A DNA stretch of 62,989 nucleotides, counting the filler, from Cercozoa sp. M6MM (lineage: Eukaryota; Protista; Endomyxa: Ascetosporea), in NCBI GenBank assembly GCA_040357565.1. It is 9 parts of 9 records of this genome, joined end to end, with 100 filler letters (N's around TTAATTAATTAA, not from the genome) between each part and the next. Parts side by side here need not be neighbours in the genome. Positions count along the whole stretch, not along the records: positions 47,733 to 50,730 come from JBDODJ010001656.1; positions 50,831 to 62,989 come from JBDODJ010000384.1; 7 more parts are not named here. One strand, written 5' to 3'. The number at the start of each line of letters is the position of its first letter. Position 1 is the stretch's first letter. The notes below the pieces were generated by a model that saw nothing but the letters and a program-made list of their open reading frames with translations, was not told where the DNA came from and did no database searches. Shown here piece after piece: positions 48,930-62,819 of the stretch. A program made the position numbers and the translations under genes.

Positions 48930-49636
48930 CTAGAGCTCAGTCTTGCGCTCAGTGTCGTCCGAGTCGGCGGCAGTCTGGAAGAGCGCGGCGGGGTCGAAGG
49001 AGCGCTTGGAGCGGCGCGCCGACTGCACAAAGTTGGCGACGTCGCGCACCTCGAAGGGCCCCGCGTAGTTGTCGTACACGGCCGTGTCGACGTTGAAGGC
49101 CGTGACGGACCAAGGTCCAAACGTGGACACGTCGAAAGCTTCAATCAGCGGCAGCACCTCGCCACGTTCGGCCCAGATGAACTACAGGGAATGGGGGGAG
49201 GTACAGGAAGAGGATGAAGGAGTTAAGCCAGGAGTTAAGCTCACCTGAGCAGCCATGGAACGCTTCTGCACGGCCTCGGCGACGTCGTCGAGGAACTTGG
49301 TGTACTACAGGGACATGCCAAGTAGGTCGACAGGTAGGTGGGTAGGTAGGCAGGTAGGTGGGTAGGTAGGCAGGTAGGTGGGTAGGTAGGTTGATAGGAA
49401 GGTAGGTAGGTACAGTGTCATCCGAGACAGCCTCGTAGTCGAGCAGCAAGGCTACGCAGACGCCCTTGTTGGCACAGGCGGCGCCGGCCTCGGCCAGCGA
49501 GTGCACTTGCTGCACCGGGTGTCGCACCGCCTTGGACCGCCGCTCCTGCTGCTCGTGCTCCTGCTGCGCCATCTCAAAGGCCGTCTGCCAGGGTGGGGGT
49601 AAAAAGGGCTCAGGTAAAGGTGTGTGTGTATGTGTG

Positions 49637-49667
<31 letters not shown>

Positions 49668-50052
49668 ATATATATATATATATATAGTGTCAAACCGAGG
49701 CCAGCGAGGGAGTCGAGGCCGCCGTCGACGTGGCACTGGAGGACTCGGACGCCGGTGCCGTCGTCGCGGCCGACTCGTCCTCGCTCTTGTCGCCGAGCAG
49801 ACTGCGCATGTCGGCCAGGTCACGTCGGCGCTGCCGTTCCACCGTGCGCATGAGCGTCTCGATCTGCCGACTGCGCTGGCCAATGTTGGCGTCCGTCAGG
49901 TCAATCATCGGCAACTGGTCATCCGCTGCGGCCACCTGTTGACACATATATATAGATTTATATACCAATATTATAATAATATTTATATTTATATACAGAG
50001 AAATAGTTAACCATATGTATTATGTCTTTTATATTTAAACTAAATTGATAAA

Positions 50053-50094
<42 letters not shown>

Positions 50095-50687
50095 CTAGAG
50101 ATGTACATATATTTGTGAGATGGCAACACACCTGAGCAGCAGCAGCGGCGGCAGCCTGTGCAGCAGCCGCCTGCGCAGCCGCCGCCTTGGTCACTGCGGC
50201 CGCCGCACCGACGAATCTCGCTCTGTATGTCACACAGACACAGGTACAGTATACAAATACAGAAGAAAGGTCACACGAAAGTAAGGTCACAGTGCGACAC
50301 GACGAGTCTTGCTCTTGACTGCCCAGACTGGGATGGCCTGCGACTTGCCCTTGACGTGCACATTGCCCAGTCGCTCAATCACGAAACGTGAGGCAGCCTG
50401 ATACACACAGACAGATATACACTATGGTGTCTACAAACGCTCAGGTCAAACAAGGTGTGTACAGCATCCGCGCGGGCACGGTCAGCCGCGGCATCACCGG
50501 GAGCGCGACCCGTGACCGGCACGGCACTGCCGCCGCGGCCTCCACCGAGCAGTTGCCGCGTGGCAGCATCGATGAGAATCTGCGTGCGGCGTTGTGCGCG
50601 TTGCATGAGACGCGCCGCCAGATTGACGGCGTCACCCAGTACGGCGTACTCGGCACTCTGGCCCGAACCGAGTGCTCCGAGGAACAC
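48930..50687 (-). CDS. Class III nucleotide cyclase (soluble-AC-like), 5' partial
   Basis: VFLGALGS...EYAVLGDAVNLAARLM...ILIDAAT; downstream low-complexity exons. Confidence 0.78.
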
Positions 50688-50730
50688 CTATACCAACATA
50701 ACCATATATATATATATATATATATATATA

Positions 50731-50830
50731 NNNNNNNNNNNNNNNNNNNNNNNNNNNNNNNNNNNNNNNNNNNNTTAATTAATTAANNNNNNNNNNNNNN
50801 NNNNNNNNNNNNNNNNNNNNNNNNNNNNNN
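50731..50830. other. Artificial contig spacer
   Basis: Same linker. Confidence 0.97.
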
Positions 50831-50880
<50 letters not shown>

Positions 50881-50881
<1 letters not shown>

Positions 50882-51715
50882 GAGGTGGCGGCACAGTCTC
50901 AACGATTTCAAAAACTGATGCAGAGTCATGCTGAGGTAGTCGACTATTCGCGCATTTGGTACCACCGGCTGTATCTGTGTGTGCTGTGCGTAGAATCTCA
51001 GCAAGAGGGCAGAGCGAGAGCGACAGTTTGCCTCTGCCAACACGGTACAGATCGTTCGGAGAAAGTGAGACTCTGTGCAATCAAATGTATCTGTATGCGA
51101 CAGCTGCGGCACCGAGCGAGAGAACGCGTCGATGTGTTCGGCGACGATCCCGACCTCAGTGCTTTCGTTACCAACTATGGTTCATCTGCTATGTCTATGT
51201 TTGTGTCTATGCTAACCGTGTGCGCGTGCGAGTGCAGAGGAGGACCCGGAGGCTGCTCCTCTTTTGCAGCGACAGCAGCAGCAGCAGCGTTCTCAGAATC
51301 GACAGGCCAGCCGGTAAAACTCCAGGAACGCATTCGCAGTGTAGAGCGACCTCTTTGGTGAGCAGGTACCAGCAGGAACGGACTGACATGTCGCAGCAGG
51401 TCGAAAGGGCACTGCAGCGCGTCAAGGGCATGTATCTCCAACTGGCGCAGCTCGTGTCGCAGCAGGACGAGCAGATCACGAGTATCTACGAGGACATTGG
51501 CGCCGCTGAAGAGCACGCCGACAGCGGCTATAGGGAGGTACCTCCCGCTTGCAAGCACACGCACCAGGCTCTCGCATGCCTCGATATATATGGTATGCTG
51601 ATCGTAGATCACAATTTTGTGGCGACAAGCACGTCGGCACCGTGCCTTTCTGTTGCGCCTCTTTGTGTTCCTGCTGCTGTTTGCCGTGTTCTGGATGCTC
51701 GTGATTCGCCGATAA
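50881..51715 (+). CDS. Qa-SNARE syntaxin, syntaxin-5/Sed5-like, 5' partial
   Basis: VERALQRVKGMYLQLAQLVSQQDEQITSIYEDI SNARE motif plus C-terminal TM FLLRLFVFLLLFAVFWMLVI. Confidence 0.8.
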
Positions 51716-51896
51716 CACAATATCGCCGATAACACAACGGAACTGCCGTGATCATCGTGGTGACAGTCGCGACCGCATGGACGAGCCCGGAGTTGTGAAG
51801 TTCCGTCGGTCGCAACCGAACAACTGAATGGCGTTATGCTGAGCCAGTCCATAAAACCGCGGAGTTCACCTCTAGTAGATCGAAGTCACTGAACTA

Positions 51897-52222
51897 TGTT
51901 ACAGACTGACTCAGATTTTGCAGTCTCCGCCGGACAGTTGGTCTACTATCATCGAAGCAAAAGAGAAAGAAGGCTCTGCGGTACTACTGCCTGTAGAGCT
52001 GTGACTGGACCTGTCTGAAAGCCTGTCCTGTAGATTGAGCCTGCCAGTTGGCAAAAGTGAAAACTCATCTACTCGGCATATTAGTTTGACGTAAGAACCC
52101 AGTTGGGGTAATTCTTCACTTCGCTTCTTCGAACTAAATAATTTGATTCGACGGCGCCGAAGCAAAACAGCGACGACTTACTTCTTTTATGTATTTCTTT
52201 TCACTGACAACCGTCAGTAACA
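51897..52222. mobile_element. Solo LTR-like interspersed element, copy 2 (326 bp, internally shorter)
   Basis: Same TGTTACAGAC...GTCAGTAACA termini, flanked by ACTA on both sides. Confidence 0.85.
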
Positions 52223-52249
52223 ACTAACCGTCAATAGAGTTGACGTGGC

Positions 52250-53192
52250 TTAGTTGGCAGCCTCGAAGTAATCCTTCTTCTGGATCGGGTCAGGCTTGAT
52301 CGTGGCAGCGCCAGGCGTCCACTTGGCCGGGCACACTGAACACAATAACGAGATGGCATGTGTTATCACTACACTAAAGGCAGACAGAGACAAGATGGAG
52401 GAATACCCTCGCCGTGCTCGTCGACGAACTGGTAAGCCTTGACGAGGCGGAGCACCTCATCGACGTTGCGGCCAGCCGGCGGGTCGTTGAACGACATGTG
52501 GCGCAGCGTGCCCTCGCCGTCGACGATGAAGGTGGCGCGGCACGTGTGGCCAGCCTCCTCGAGGAGCGCGTCGAACTGAGCCGACAGCTTGCGCGTCACG
52601 TCAGCCAGGCTACACACCAAAGGAAGGGTTAAAGTACATGTACATCTTGGGGTCGATGGAGAGATTACAGCGGAATCTTCATCTCGCCGAGGCCGCCCTG
52701 CTTGCGCGGAGTGTCGATCCAGGCAACTAAAGGGAAAGTGGGTAACAAATTAAGAGCATCAGGCATTGCAAGTGCGGGCCGAGGTACGGTGCGTGTACTC
52801 GGAGTCGATCGAGGCACCAACAACGGCACAGTTGGTCTCCTCAAACTCAGCGGCCTTCTCGGAGAACTCAATGATCTCCGTCGGGCACACGAACGTGAAG
52901 TCCAGCGGGTAGAAGAACAGCACGTAGTACTTGCCTGTGCCAGCAACCACCAAGATCAGTCTCAGCACTTGACTTCATCTCCAACATCGTCGAAACTACC
53001 GGCGAAGTCGGCCGACGACTTCTTGACAATCTCGCCGTTCTCGACAGCGGTGCACTCCCAGGCGGGAACCTTCGAACCGACGCGCAGCTGCACAACAAAA
53101 AATGCAAACAAGAAAAATAGAAATTGCAAAACAACAAAACCGCAAGAAGAAAAAAGTGCCGTGCAATGAATGGGTTAGGGTACGCTGGGCAT
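52250..53192 (-). CDS. Typical 2-Cys peroxiredoxin (AhpC/Prx1)
   Basis: [14 protein letters not shown]; GGLG; [10 protein letters not shown]; GEVCPAKW; C-terminal YF. Confidence 0.96.
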
Positions 53193-53757
53193 TTTGGGAA
53201 TGTTCTTCTGTGCTACTGTACAAACACTAGAGTGTGTGGGAGATTTTGCGACCGCATTTTATTTTGTTTTTTTTTAGAAAGTTCGTTTGCCAAGCATCAT
53301 TAGGCTGAGAACTTGCAGAGAGTACGTTTTGAGAAATTTTCAGTGCAGCTCCGCGGCGTAAATTTGCATTAAACCACACCCACGGACATAAGAAACGCAA
53401 TTCAAACGATTATTTCTATCGGCTCCAAATCTGCCCGTCGTCGAGGTTTACAGCGACCATACAAGTTCCCAGAGGTGGTTAGGTGTTTATTGGTACGATC
53501 AGTGCAACTTTTCTTAGTAAAGACGTGCACGGCCTTTTTCTGAGATTTGTTCCGTTGCCGATCGGCGCACGCGTGAGTGCGCATTTACAGCAGATTTATT
53601 GGGTTGTCTGATAAACACCTGCGATCGCCCGTGGCATCTGGCAAGCAGGCTTTTTGGTGTTGGGCCGATGATGCTCCGCGGTTTTCTTGGGTGGCCGCAC
53701 TGTCTTGCTGAGGTTGTGTTCTTTCAGATTGTGCGACAGCGCCGTCCGTTCATCGCC

Positions 53758-55229
53758 ATGGACCTTGCTATCGAACTCGCTGATAGGTGTGTGGGTTGTT
53801 TCTCTGTGTGCTTGGCAGTAATTATGTGCGTGACCTGCTCGGCAGGTATATCCTAAACGAGGCCTTGTACTCAAACCTGCCGACGCAGCTCACAGTGCCG
53901 CCGCAGCTGCTCGCTTTTGCTGATCAGTACCTAGGTAGCTTAAGGTGTACTAAGCTGAGAGTGCACATCTCATACATACAATGTGCAGGCAAGGGAGTGA
54001 TCTCACCAACCTATGGTTTTGAGGAGGGCGATTTCTGGCGCCAAGTAGCCTCAGTCTACATCGTCTACCTTGTCGGCGGCTACCTGCTGTACCTCAGCGT
54101 GGCCGGTCTGACATACTGGTACCTGCGGGTGGTCAAGAAGGAGAAGTTCTTCGGGTCCGAGAAGGTGGCGCCCAACATCAAGGGCGAGATCTGGCGCGCA
54201 GTGACCGTACTACTAGCCATTGTACCAGCTACACGTTGTGAGGTCTATGATTCGTTCGCACTACCTGCAGGCTTTGCCGTGGATGGCGTTGTACACATTG
54301 CTGATGGTGATGCCGTCGGTGCGAGGTTACTCGCGCCTGTACAACAACGTGTCTGATTACGGTAGCGACATCGTTTACCCCCAACTCATCTTTACCCCAA
54401 CTACCCCATGAAATTACGCCCTTGCCTCTCTAGGTGTGCCGTATCTGCTGTTGTCGCTCGTGATGTTCCTTCTATTCACGGACACGGGCATCTACTGGAT
54501 CCACCGCGGCCTGCACTGGGGCCCATTCTACAAGTACATTCACAAGGACCACCACCGCTGGGTCAAGTCGATGTCACCCTTTGCGTCGCACGCCTTTGCG
54601 CCTGAGGACGGCGTGCTCCAGTATTGCTGCCTCTGTCTCTCCCCTTATGGACACTGTCTCTTGAATTATGACTTTCTGCCCATGAAAAGGTCGGTGCCCT
54701 ACCACCTGTTCATCTACCTGTTCCCGATGCACAAGATCGCCTACCTCTGCATGTTCGTCATCGTCAACTGCTGGACGATTTCGATCCACGACATGATCTA
54801 TGTGAGCGACACGAGCTTCATCCTGGGCGCTGCGCATCATAGCGTGCATCACCTCGATTTCAACTACAACTACGGCCAGTACTTTGTGCGTTCTCCCTTT
54901 CGTCCTTACTTTCCCGATACTACCTGCCCTGCTCTTCATCAAATATTCTTCGTGGATATTGTGTCACTCGAATGTAAAACTCTTCACCCTGTGTAGACCT
55001 TCTGGGACCGTTTGTGCGGCACGCACCGGTCTCCTCCGGTACCTTTTTCCGGCTGCAGGATACTCGATATCAGTGTCATTTCATCAATGTGTGTTGGGAA
55101 ATGCAGCACCTGCGACATGTGTTCTCCAAGGAGGACCCGGGCAAGAAGGCGCGTCCGAGCATTCCTGGATATGTGACATTTACCAAGGACCACAAGGCCG
55201 TGCCCAAGCAGCCCAAGAAGCTCGACTAG
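53758..55229 (+). CDS. SC5D: Sterol C5-desaturase (ERG3/SC5D)
   Basis: FTDTGIYWIHRGLH; HKDHH; PFASHAF; WTISIHD; HHSVHHLDFNYNYGQYFTFWDR. Confidence 0.92.
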
Positions 55230-55792
55230 CGGCCCCTTTTGGTTTTTTTGTCAATCTTCGGCGCGGCGACACTAGCGCACAACTCCGTTGGCTCAGCTCA
55301 GCAGCTGTTGCTTTGTCACCATATGTGCGGTGCGGTGCATCAATCACCAGACCAGTGAACGGAATGGTGCGGCAATTTTCGCTTTTGATCACCAACCACC
55401 GCCGCACAACGCGATCGTTCGGCCGGTTTTTATACGTGCGAGCTCGCTGTGTCGTCATAAAAACAGAATTACAAGGAAATCCCCTATAGATGGCACGATT
55501 TTGGGCCTTTATAGATGTCATTTGGGAAGCTGACCGGTGCACTTAGTTGTTACATTTCAAAAACACAACAACAACTTGTATTTGAGCCGGATTTAAAGTC
55601 CGGTCTTCTTATCTTTGACCTCGATACTGATTCCACCGCTCGATGAGGTTGACGCAAAATTGAAAAATGTGGTCCAATTGGACAACTGCTTAAATAAATC
55701 GACATGTATGGTTTATTGGGGGGTTTTCCTTGTACAGAGCACACCTGTGTCAATAGTGTATCAGTTATTCCAGCAGACGGAATTAGGTCAGG

Positions 55793-56896
55793 ATGTCAAA
55801 TCCTCAGGTACGTGCCGCGGAGAATTGTTTTTGTATTTTGGGTGTTTGATCGCAATATATTGGACCAGAACGAAGACGCACACGTCCGGCACATTAAATC
55901 GCTGATCACAGAGCATCGTGATTTTCCAAAGGTATTGCTTTTGTGTCCTCCTTACCGCTTTGCCCCTACCCCACCCCCAGCAAGGAATTCTCTTTCGAGA
56001 CATTTTCCCGGTAAACTGTCACTGTCGGTGGTGTTTCTACTTCAGCTATTAGAGAGCTACTTCCAGCTTTTCGAGAGTTTTTCTGAACTGGCAGGTGCTT
56101 CGCGACCCGTGTGCCGCAGAGATGCTGTTTACTGACTTTACGTCGCATCTCCAGCGTTGCTTTGGCACGGACGTCGACGTGGTTGTAGGTACGCCCATGG
56201 TGTCGATTCAAATCATCCGTTCTAGCCTTCTGATTCGTAGGTGTTGACTCGCGTGGTTTCATCTTTGCGCCCATTTTGGCTGCACGTCTCGGCGCGGCAT
56301 TTGGTGAGGGCTCTTTTGTTTACCGCTCATGTACGAGAGTTGACTCTTTTGCAGTCCCTGTGCGTAAGAAGGGCAAATTGCCGGGCGAGTGCCATAACGT
56401 TGCGTACACCACTCTGCTCTTGCACTCTGCCCGCGCACTGTAATTCTCACCGTGCAAACTTGCATATCTGTTTGCTTATAGCTACGAGAAGGAGTATGGA
56501 ACTGACGAGTTTGGTATCGATATCTTGACCGCCTTGGTTCTCTAATGTTGCCGCTGCGTTGTAGACTTGCAAAAGGATGCGATCAAGGCCGGACAGGTAC
56601 CAAAGTATGCCCATGTTCCTAGGATGCGCTTTGTGCGGATTCAGCTTTCCTTTGGTCGGTGTAGAAATGCGTGATTGTCGACGATCTCCTTGCCACCGGG
56701 GGCACGTTGCACGCCGCTGCGAGCTTAGTCAAGCACGCTGGCGCTGAGGTTCTCGAACATTTGGTCGTGGTCGAACTTACTTGGTATTTTATACCACAGA
56801 GATCGATGTTAGTTGTAGAATTTTTCGTTGTGTAGCCTGAACGGCAGAGACAAGCTCGATGACCCGGTTTACTCTATCGTGAAGTACGACGACTAA
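55793..56896 (+). CDS. APRT: Adenine phosphoribosyltransferase
   Basis: [12 protein letters not shown]; GVDSRGF; VRKKGKLPG; YEKEYG; [11 protein letters not shown]. Confidence 0.95.
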
Positions 56897-57142
56897 CGGT
56901 AAAAATTGCACGCACTCGCTAACAGATGCCTAACGACGACAACTGTTCGTGTTACATTATAACACCTTCGAGCTCGGTTTTCAAGGTTGTCCGCCTCGGT
57001 TTGAGGACGATGTGACATGACGTATTTAAAACTCTGTTCACCCCCGCTGTCAGTCAGTTTGGTTTGTCGGAGCGTTTCGCTTGCGTGCGGAGTGAGAAAT
57101 GGCCAGATTCCCAGAAACGCACCAGCCGGGAGACAGTTTGTC

Positions 57143-59215
57143 ATGTATCTAGCGAGCTCTGAGGCGAGTCTGAGGTCGTGATGCTAGGTGAGCATGGCGA
57201 CAGGTTCCAAGTCCAATCAAAGGAGAGGTGCCAATCGAATTCCCCGGCGCTTAGTTGCTCGGCTTCTTCAAAACGTGAGTCTTCCGCTGAAACTTCAACG
57301 AACACACTGACAGGTAGCACCGGCCGCGGGGTCAACGTAAACACTGAGCCGGCGTGTGCGATACCTGCCACCTTTTCGTTTCGTCTCGAGGCACAGAAAA
57401 CATGGTCTGCTTTTATGTTGCGGTCCGTACTGCTGTCGAGATTGCAGGTGGGTTTTCGTAGTTAAATTTACCCAGTTTAACAACCCTTCGTTGAAATGTA
57501 ATTTACATGTATGCTTGTGTCGTAAAATACCATTATTTAAATTTAGGTGGCTGTGAAGCACATTGAAGAGAATTCCGTCTGCAGTCTGTACAGTGATGCA
57601 CTTCGCGAAGTACTCGAGCTCAATGGCGAAAAACTCGCAGTTGCCGATTCTGTGATATACGAGCATCGAGTCATGAGAACTCCATTCAGGGTTTACGAAG
57701 AAGCACGTCAACTCGTGTTAAATTTAGCGGTGGAAGGTGCGTCCGTGTTGGAGCTGCGCACTTTGGTGAACAGTTGTTTGCCCGTCAGCTTGTTTGCTTC
57801 TTTGCGCGTCGACAGAACTTGCTCCGTCTCAACCCCACAGCTGTTGCTTTTGATACGACTTCATGCAATAAAGTTCCAACTGTACTACGACATGACAGCT
57901 GCTGGCAACGGCAACGGGAAAATCAGTTTCCAACAACTGAAAACCGTTGTCGAGCAACACTGTTGTTATTCGCAGGTATGCATAAACCGTGGCCCACGGC
58001 GATTGTTATACTCACTGACATATTACAGGCCCTTAGCGAGTTCTTTATGAATCTTGAGGTACATTGCTAGCCCGCCAATGTAACTATCACACTGCCTAAA
58101 TAATTCAAGGTACCAACTGTCCCTCAACAGGCTGTGTACGAGGCAGAACCAGTGGCGGATGACAAGGAATTCAATGCCAGCTTCTTCGCCCATTGGTAAA
58201 TTGAAATGTATTGTACATAGGTGTTCCAGCGTGACTAAGTATTTTATGTGAATGACATAGCGTTACAAAAGCCCTTTTCTTTGTGCACGAACCAAGTGTT
58301 CGAAAAGGAACTTTGTCAGTTCGGCGACTTCTGCACACGGATTCAGCAACAAAATGGGCAGGTACGTAGGCTTTCTGGCAGTCAAGTGCAGCTGTGAATG
58401 TAAATCGACTATGACGCCCGTCGCTTGACAGAGCTATTTCTGCGAAAGGGCTGCAAAGAGAACGAGATGGAGCCTGGCAATTGGATAGATCCACGTTTCG
58501 TCTTTGAGGTTCACTGTGCATTCCACTCGCTAGACGACAAACAGAGGGGGCGTATCGGAGCGCGGCAACTTTCACGCGGATTTCTCCAATTTTACTGCAC
58601 TCCACGCTTTTGTCAACGGTACTGCAAGCTGCACGGTTTCTGCGTCGACGCTTCTACCGACGAGTGGTGCATTGATTTCAACGGCTTTCTACAACTGGCC
58701 ATAGGTAAACTTTTTTCCTAAATTTACACTCCTGCTTTACGAAGCTCGGGTATTTGTATGAGCAGTCATGTCGAATCGAGAAGCTCCGCGGTCGGTGAGG
58801 CAGCTGTTTCAAATCATCGACGAAGCTGGTGTCGGCTTTGTTTCAAGACACAACCTGTCGTCATTCGTCGAAAATCTGTTGTCATTTTCAGGTACAACGA
58901 TGTATTGTTTATCCATATACAGGGGATAAAAGGGATGTATATAGCCGCGCACTCGTTTGAGCAAATCCAAATGATGCCATCGGTGGAAGATGTAGTGGAT
59001 GAGTTACTCGATATGCTAACCCCACACATCGGTATCGAAGGTCGCAAAACTTGCGCGTTTGTGCAACTTCAGCGTTTGATGAAAAGTACTGATACCACTT
59101 AGTTCGCGAGCTTGTGATATCAGACTGATGCTGGTGTGTAAACAGTGGAGCGACGTTCTCTGTGGTTTGGTCTTTTGTTCGATGCGAATACCTTCTGGGC
59201 GTACGTTGGTCCATC

Positions 59216-59268
<53 letters not shown>

Positions 59269-59519
59269 TATCATGTATGTGTACTCCGACGTCTGTGTAG
59301 TTTTGAGAGACGGGCCAACGATGCGCAACTGCGCGAACTCAATCTCTAATGTGCGGTACTTGCTGACAGTGCTAGTCAGAGTGATCCAGGAGTTTCCCGC
59401 CCGTGATCAAGTAGGGTAGAAAGTAATTTGCGTCAGTAGCACGTCTGCACAGTCTCCATTGATGGATATCGTACGTTAGGCCTCGCCGCACCGGGTTTTG
59501 TTCCCCAAGGTTTATTGAG
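57143..59519 (+). CDS. Divergent EF-hand protein, PP2A B'' (PPP2R3C)-like
   Basis: AFHSLDDKQRGRIGARQL and IDFNGFLQL EF-hand-like segments; SVEDVVDELLDMLTP. Ends uncertain. Confidence 0.55.
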
Positions 59520-59736
59520 ACGTCGAACGAACACTAAACGAAATTAAACGACCTTACATTCTTACTTTTCTTCGCTTTAGTCGTTGCCTTCACTAAAATT
59601 GACAATCTCACATCAACACAAGGGCAAATAATTAGGTCCGTCCGTCAAGGAAACTGAGGAAAGCGCACAACCAACGCCTACCGATATTCTGCGCGCGTGA
59701 GTGGGTAGTCGAGATCGACCAGCAATACTGTTCTAA

Positions 59737-61280
59737 TCAGTTGCGCTTTTTCTTACTGTTGCCTTTCGCACGCTTAGGCTTGGCAGTATTGCCCCTGGCA
59801 GGACGATTGAGCTTTTGCATCTTCGAACTGCCTTGTGCGGAGGTGCCCGTTCTGTCCTCAGTGATACCACTGGATGCTACAACATCGACACCGTTCTCGC
59901 GCAGCAGTTGGTGGCGACTGCAAGAAGACAAAAGACATGACACAAACAACACAACGACTGCTAAAACTAACCGCTCCACCGACAGATGCTGCCAGTTCTC
60001 ATGCGTGTACTTCAGCTGCGCGCGCACTTTGTCTTCACTGCATACATGTTGATATGTGAGGTAGACTCAATACAACCAAAAATAAAGCTAGTACGAGGAG
60101 GTTGACGCGAAGAGTCGCACCGGAAGTAGCAACACATGTCGGAGACAGGACAAGAAAGACGGCGGCGACGCGTACCACTGTTGTGTCGATTGTATCAATG
60201 AACAAACGCATTCGCTGCAAAAACTTGTTTGCAACTCACCTGGGGCAGTTCTTTGCCGCCACATTCTTCGGCGATCTTTTGCAGTTTCTCGTTAGAAATC
60301 TCTTCACTGCCCTCGTCAGAAAAAACACGCATGAAAAGCCGTGCGATACGGTGCGTGAGAAGGTACGAGTCAATCTTGTTCTTGCGCAAGTAGCGTCGGA
60401 TCACATGATCGTCCAAAAGAACTACACACACACACAGATGGATGTAACACAAATGCAAAAGAACATGCCGCACAAGGACGTACTCTTACGACCGCGTTTG
60501 TGACTTTCCATTCGCGTTGACTGCACCATTAACTGCGCACGAAGCACGGCTTAAACAGAATACACGGAACAGCAAGTGCACAAGAATGTACAGCAGAAAA
60601 CACGGCTACAACGGCAGCTCCCACAAAGAAGACACCTGTTAACACACCGCGTTCGACGAGTTGGCAGCAACACAGTCCGCGAGTGTAGTGTCAGAGTGTA
60701 CCAATCGGCGCCTTCATCTGATCGCGGCGTCGCATGGCTGCGTCATAGCGCTTGCGCATTTCGGGGTCGCCAACAATGCCGTAGGCATGCGACATGCGCG
60801 AGAATACCTCCTGCGCATCCTCGGCCTTGTTGTAGTCCGGGTGGTAGTCGCGACTCAAACGGCGGAATTGCTTCTTGATCTGTGACACTTGCGCACACAT
60901 AATAGCGCAACCACGACTCCGATACAGCAGCACCAACCTCTTTCATAGAAGCAGAAGAGTCCACGCCAAGGACGTCGTAACAGGAAACGCCGCGGCCGCA
61001 CCATTCCTCGCCTGCGCAGAAAACCAACGAGTACAGAGTCACGCATGAGGCGTTCAGGACTGGTCCTACGAATCGTGTCGTGCTGCCGCTGCTTACGAAT
61101 TTCCTCCTCCGTCTGTGGCTGGCCTGTCACATGTAAACCACATCACTACACAATCGCACCTACACCGGTACAAGGCGTAGACAAGGCCTTACTCTCCTCG
61201 TCGGCCTCATAAAACTCTTGTTGGGCAAGGCAGGTGCTGACCAGAAGCGCCAAAAGCGCCAAAAACAGAAGCCAGCGCAT
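59737..61280 (-). CDS. Membrane J-domain protein with signal peptide (DNAJC25-like)
   Basis: MRWLLFLALLALLVSTCLA; WCGRGVSCYDVLGV; LSRDYHPD; several TM segments. Confidence 0.82.
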
Positions 61281-61469
61281 CCTTGCAACTCTACAACCGC
61301 CCTAAGTAACGCTAGACGTGCGGAAACTCACTGCTTCTTGTCAAGTTGGACAAAACAAAGTCTCGGCTCAGTGTGGCAAAAATCCGGCTCACGCACAATC
61401 TCACGTCTCGCTTGTTCCTGCGCACCGCACTGCGTTTAGTGCTGTGACAATTCAGGCACAGGGCTGAGC

Positions 61470-62819
61470 ATGTCTAAGAAGGACAAATCCACGCCCGAGG
61501 TCGATGTCGCCTTGCAGGCCGTCGGAACGGCAGCTTGTGTACCACCACCTCACACTAGATAGCAGGGGTTGGTTGTATTCGCTCACTATGCGAGCATTTC
61601 CTCAGGTGGTGTTTGCATGCGAAAGTGTCGCGGTGACGAACCACAAGTTTACCGGTCCTTCCAAGTAAGTACCTCGTTGACAACACGTACCTTGCGATCG
61701 CGCAGTTCAGCATCCACTGTGTCTGAAGGGGCGAGATCGCACTCACCGTTCCGTCGCTTGAGGAAAAGGTATCTGACAAAAAGTACTTTTGTGTTCGGAA
61801 GATGAATTGTGCTTGTGTTTATTTGTGCAGTTGACCAAGGAGCAAGAGTCGGCACTGGCCACTGCGGCCACGGAACTGCTGCGTCGCTGTGACGCCGTCG
61901 TCAGAACCGTGTCGCGCACCGATGCCGAGCAGCAAGTGTTTTTGTTTCTCCTTCTTTCATATTTGTCGCTGTTACTTTCAATACCCCCAGGTGGGCGCGC
62001 TGCGTCCGCCTTTGTTCCCGCCGTCCCGCGAGTCGGTCTTCCTCTACACAACCTCGCTAGGTAGACCTTGCATTGTGTGCGCTGTGTATGTGTGTGTGTG
62101 TGTCTGTGTGTGTGTGTGATGTGTGTGTGTGTGTGTGTGTGTGTGTGGTGTCTAGGTGAGGTGTCGCGCGTGTCGACGAGCTACCTGCCCGATGGCTCAG
62201 ATCTTCCTGGTACCTTCTCTGTGCCTGCGTCTGTGTCTGTATGTACCTGCGATACACTAATATGTGTCCGTGTGTAAGCAGATGCCGAAGCTGTCTGTTG
62301 CGCTGCTGGTGAAATCAGCATCGTCAAGACCAAGGTAGTCTCGGTGTTTTTGCAGCAGCGTCGTGTGACAGGGAGATGTCTGTGTGTCCGTGCAGTTCAA
62401 GGTCAAGAAGAAGTCACTTGAGGTGTCCTTCACCATCTCGCGAGGTAGGCACCGCTCTCGCTGTTTCTCTTTTGTCTCTGCATGATGCTCTTTTTTGGCA
62501 GGCGATGCCAGCGCTGCCACAAACGGCTCTGGCAAGACTGGCGCTACCGGCAAGAACAAGAGTGCCTCGTCGCAGTCACGCAGAGCGCCCAAGTCGCTGC
62601 TGGACACGTTCACGCAGCACGTGCTTGACGCCTGTCAGGAAACCAACGAAACCCTGCGCGAGCGTGCTGTAATATTTTCCTGCTTTGTCATACAGTTCCG
62701 TGCACACTCTGTCTGTGCGTGTGTATGTGCATGTGTGCTTGCAGGTGCGCGACCTGCTGACGCAAATGCAGAATGAGTGCTTTACCAAGGGTTTCCTTGC
62801 CGGTCAGCAGCAGCGCTAA
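61470..62819 (+). CDS. Hypothetical protein
   Basis: Multi-exon model MSKKDKSTPE...GFLAGQQQR*; no motif recognised. Confidence 0.5.
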
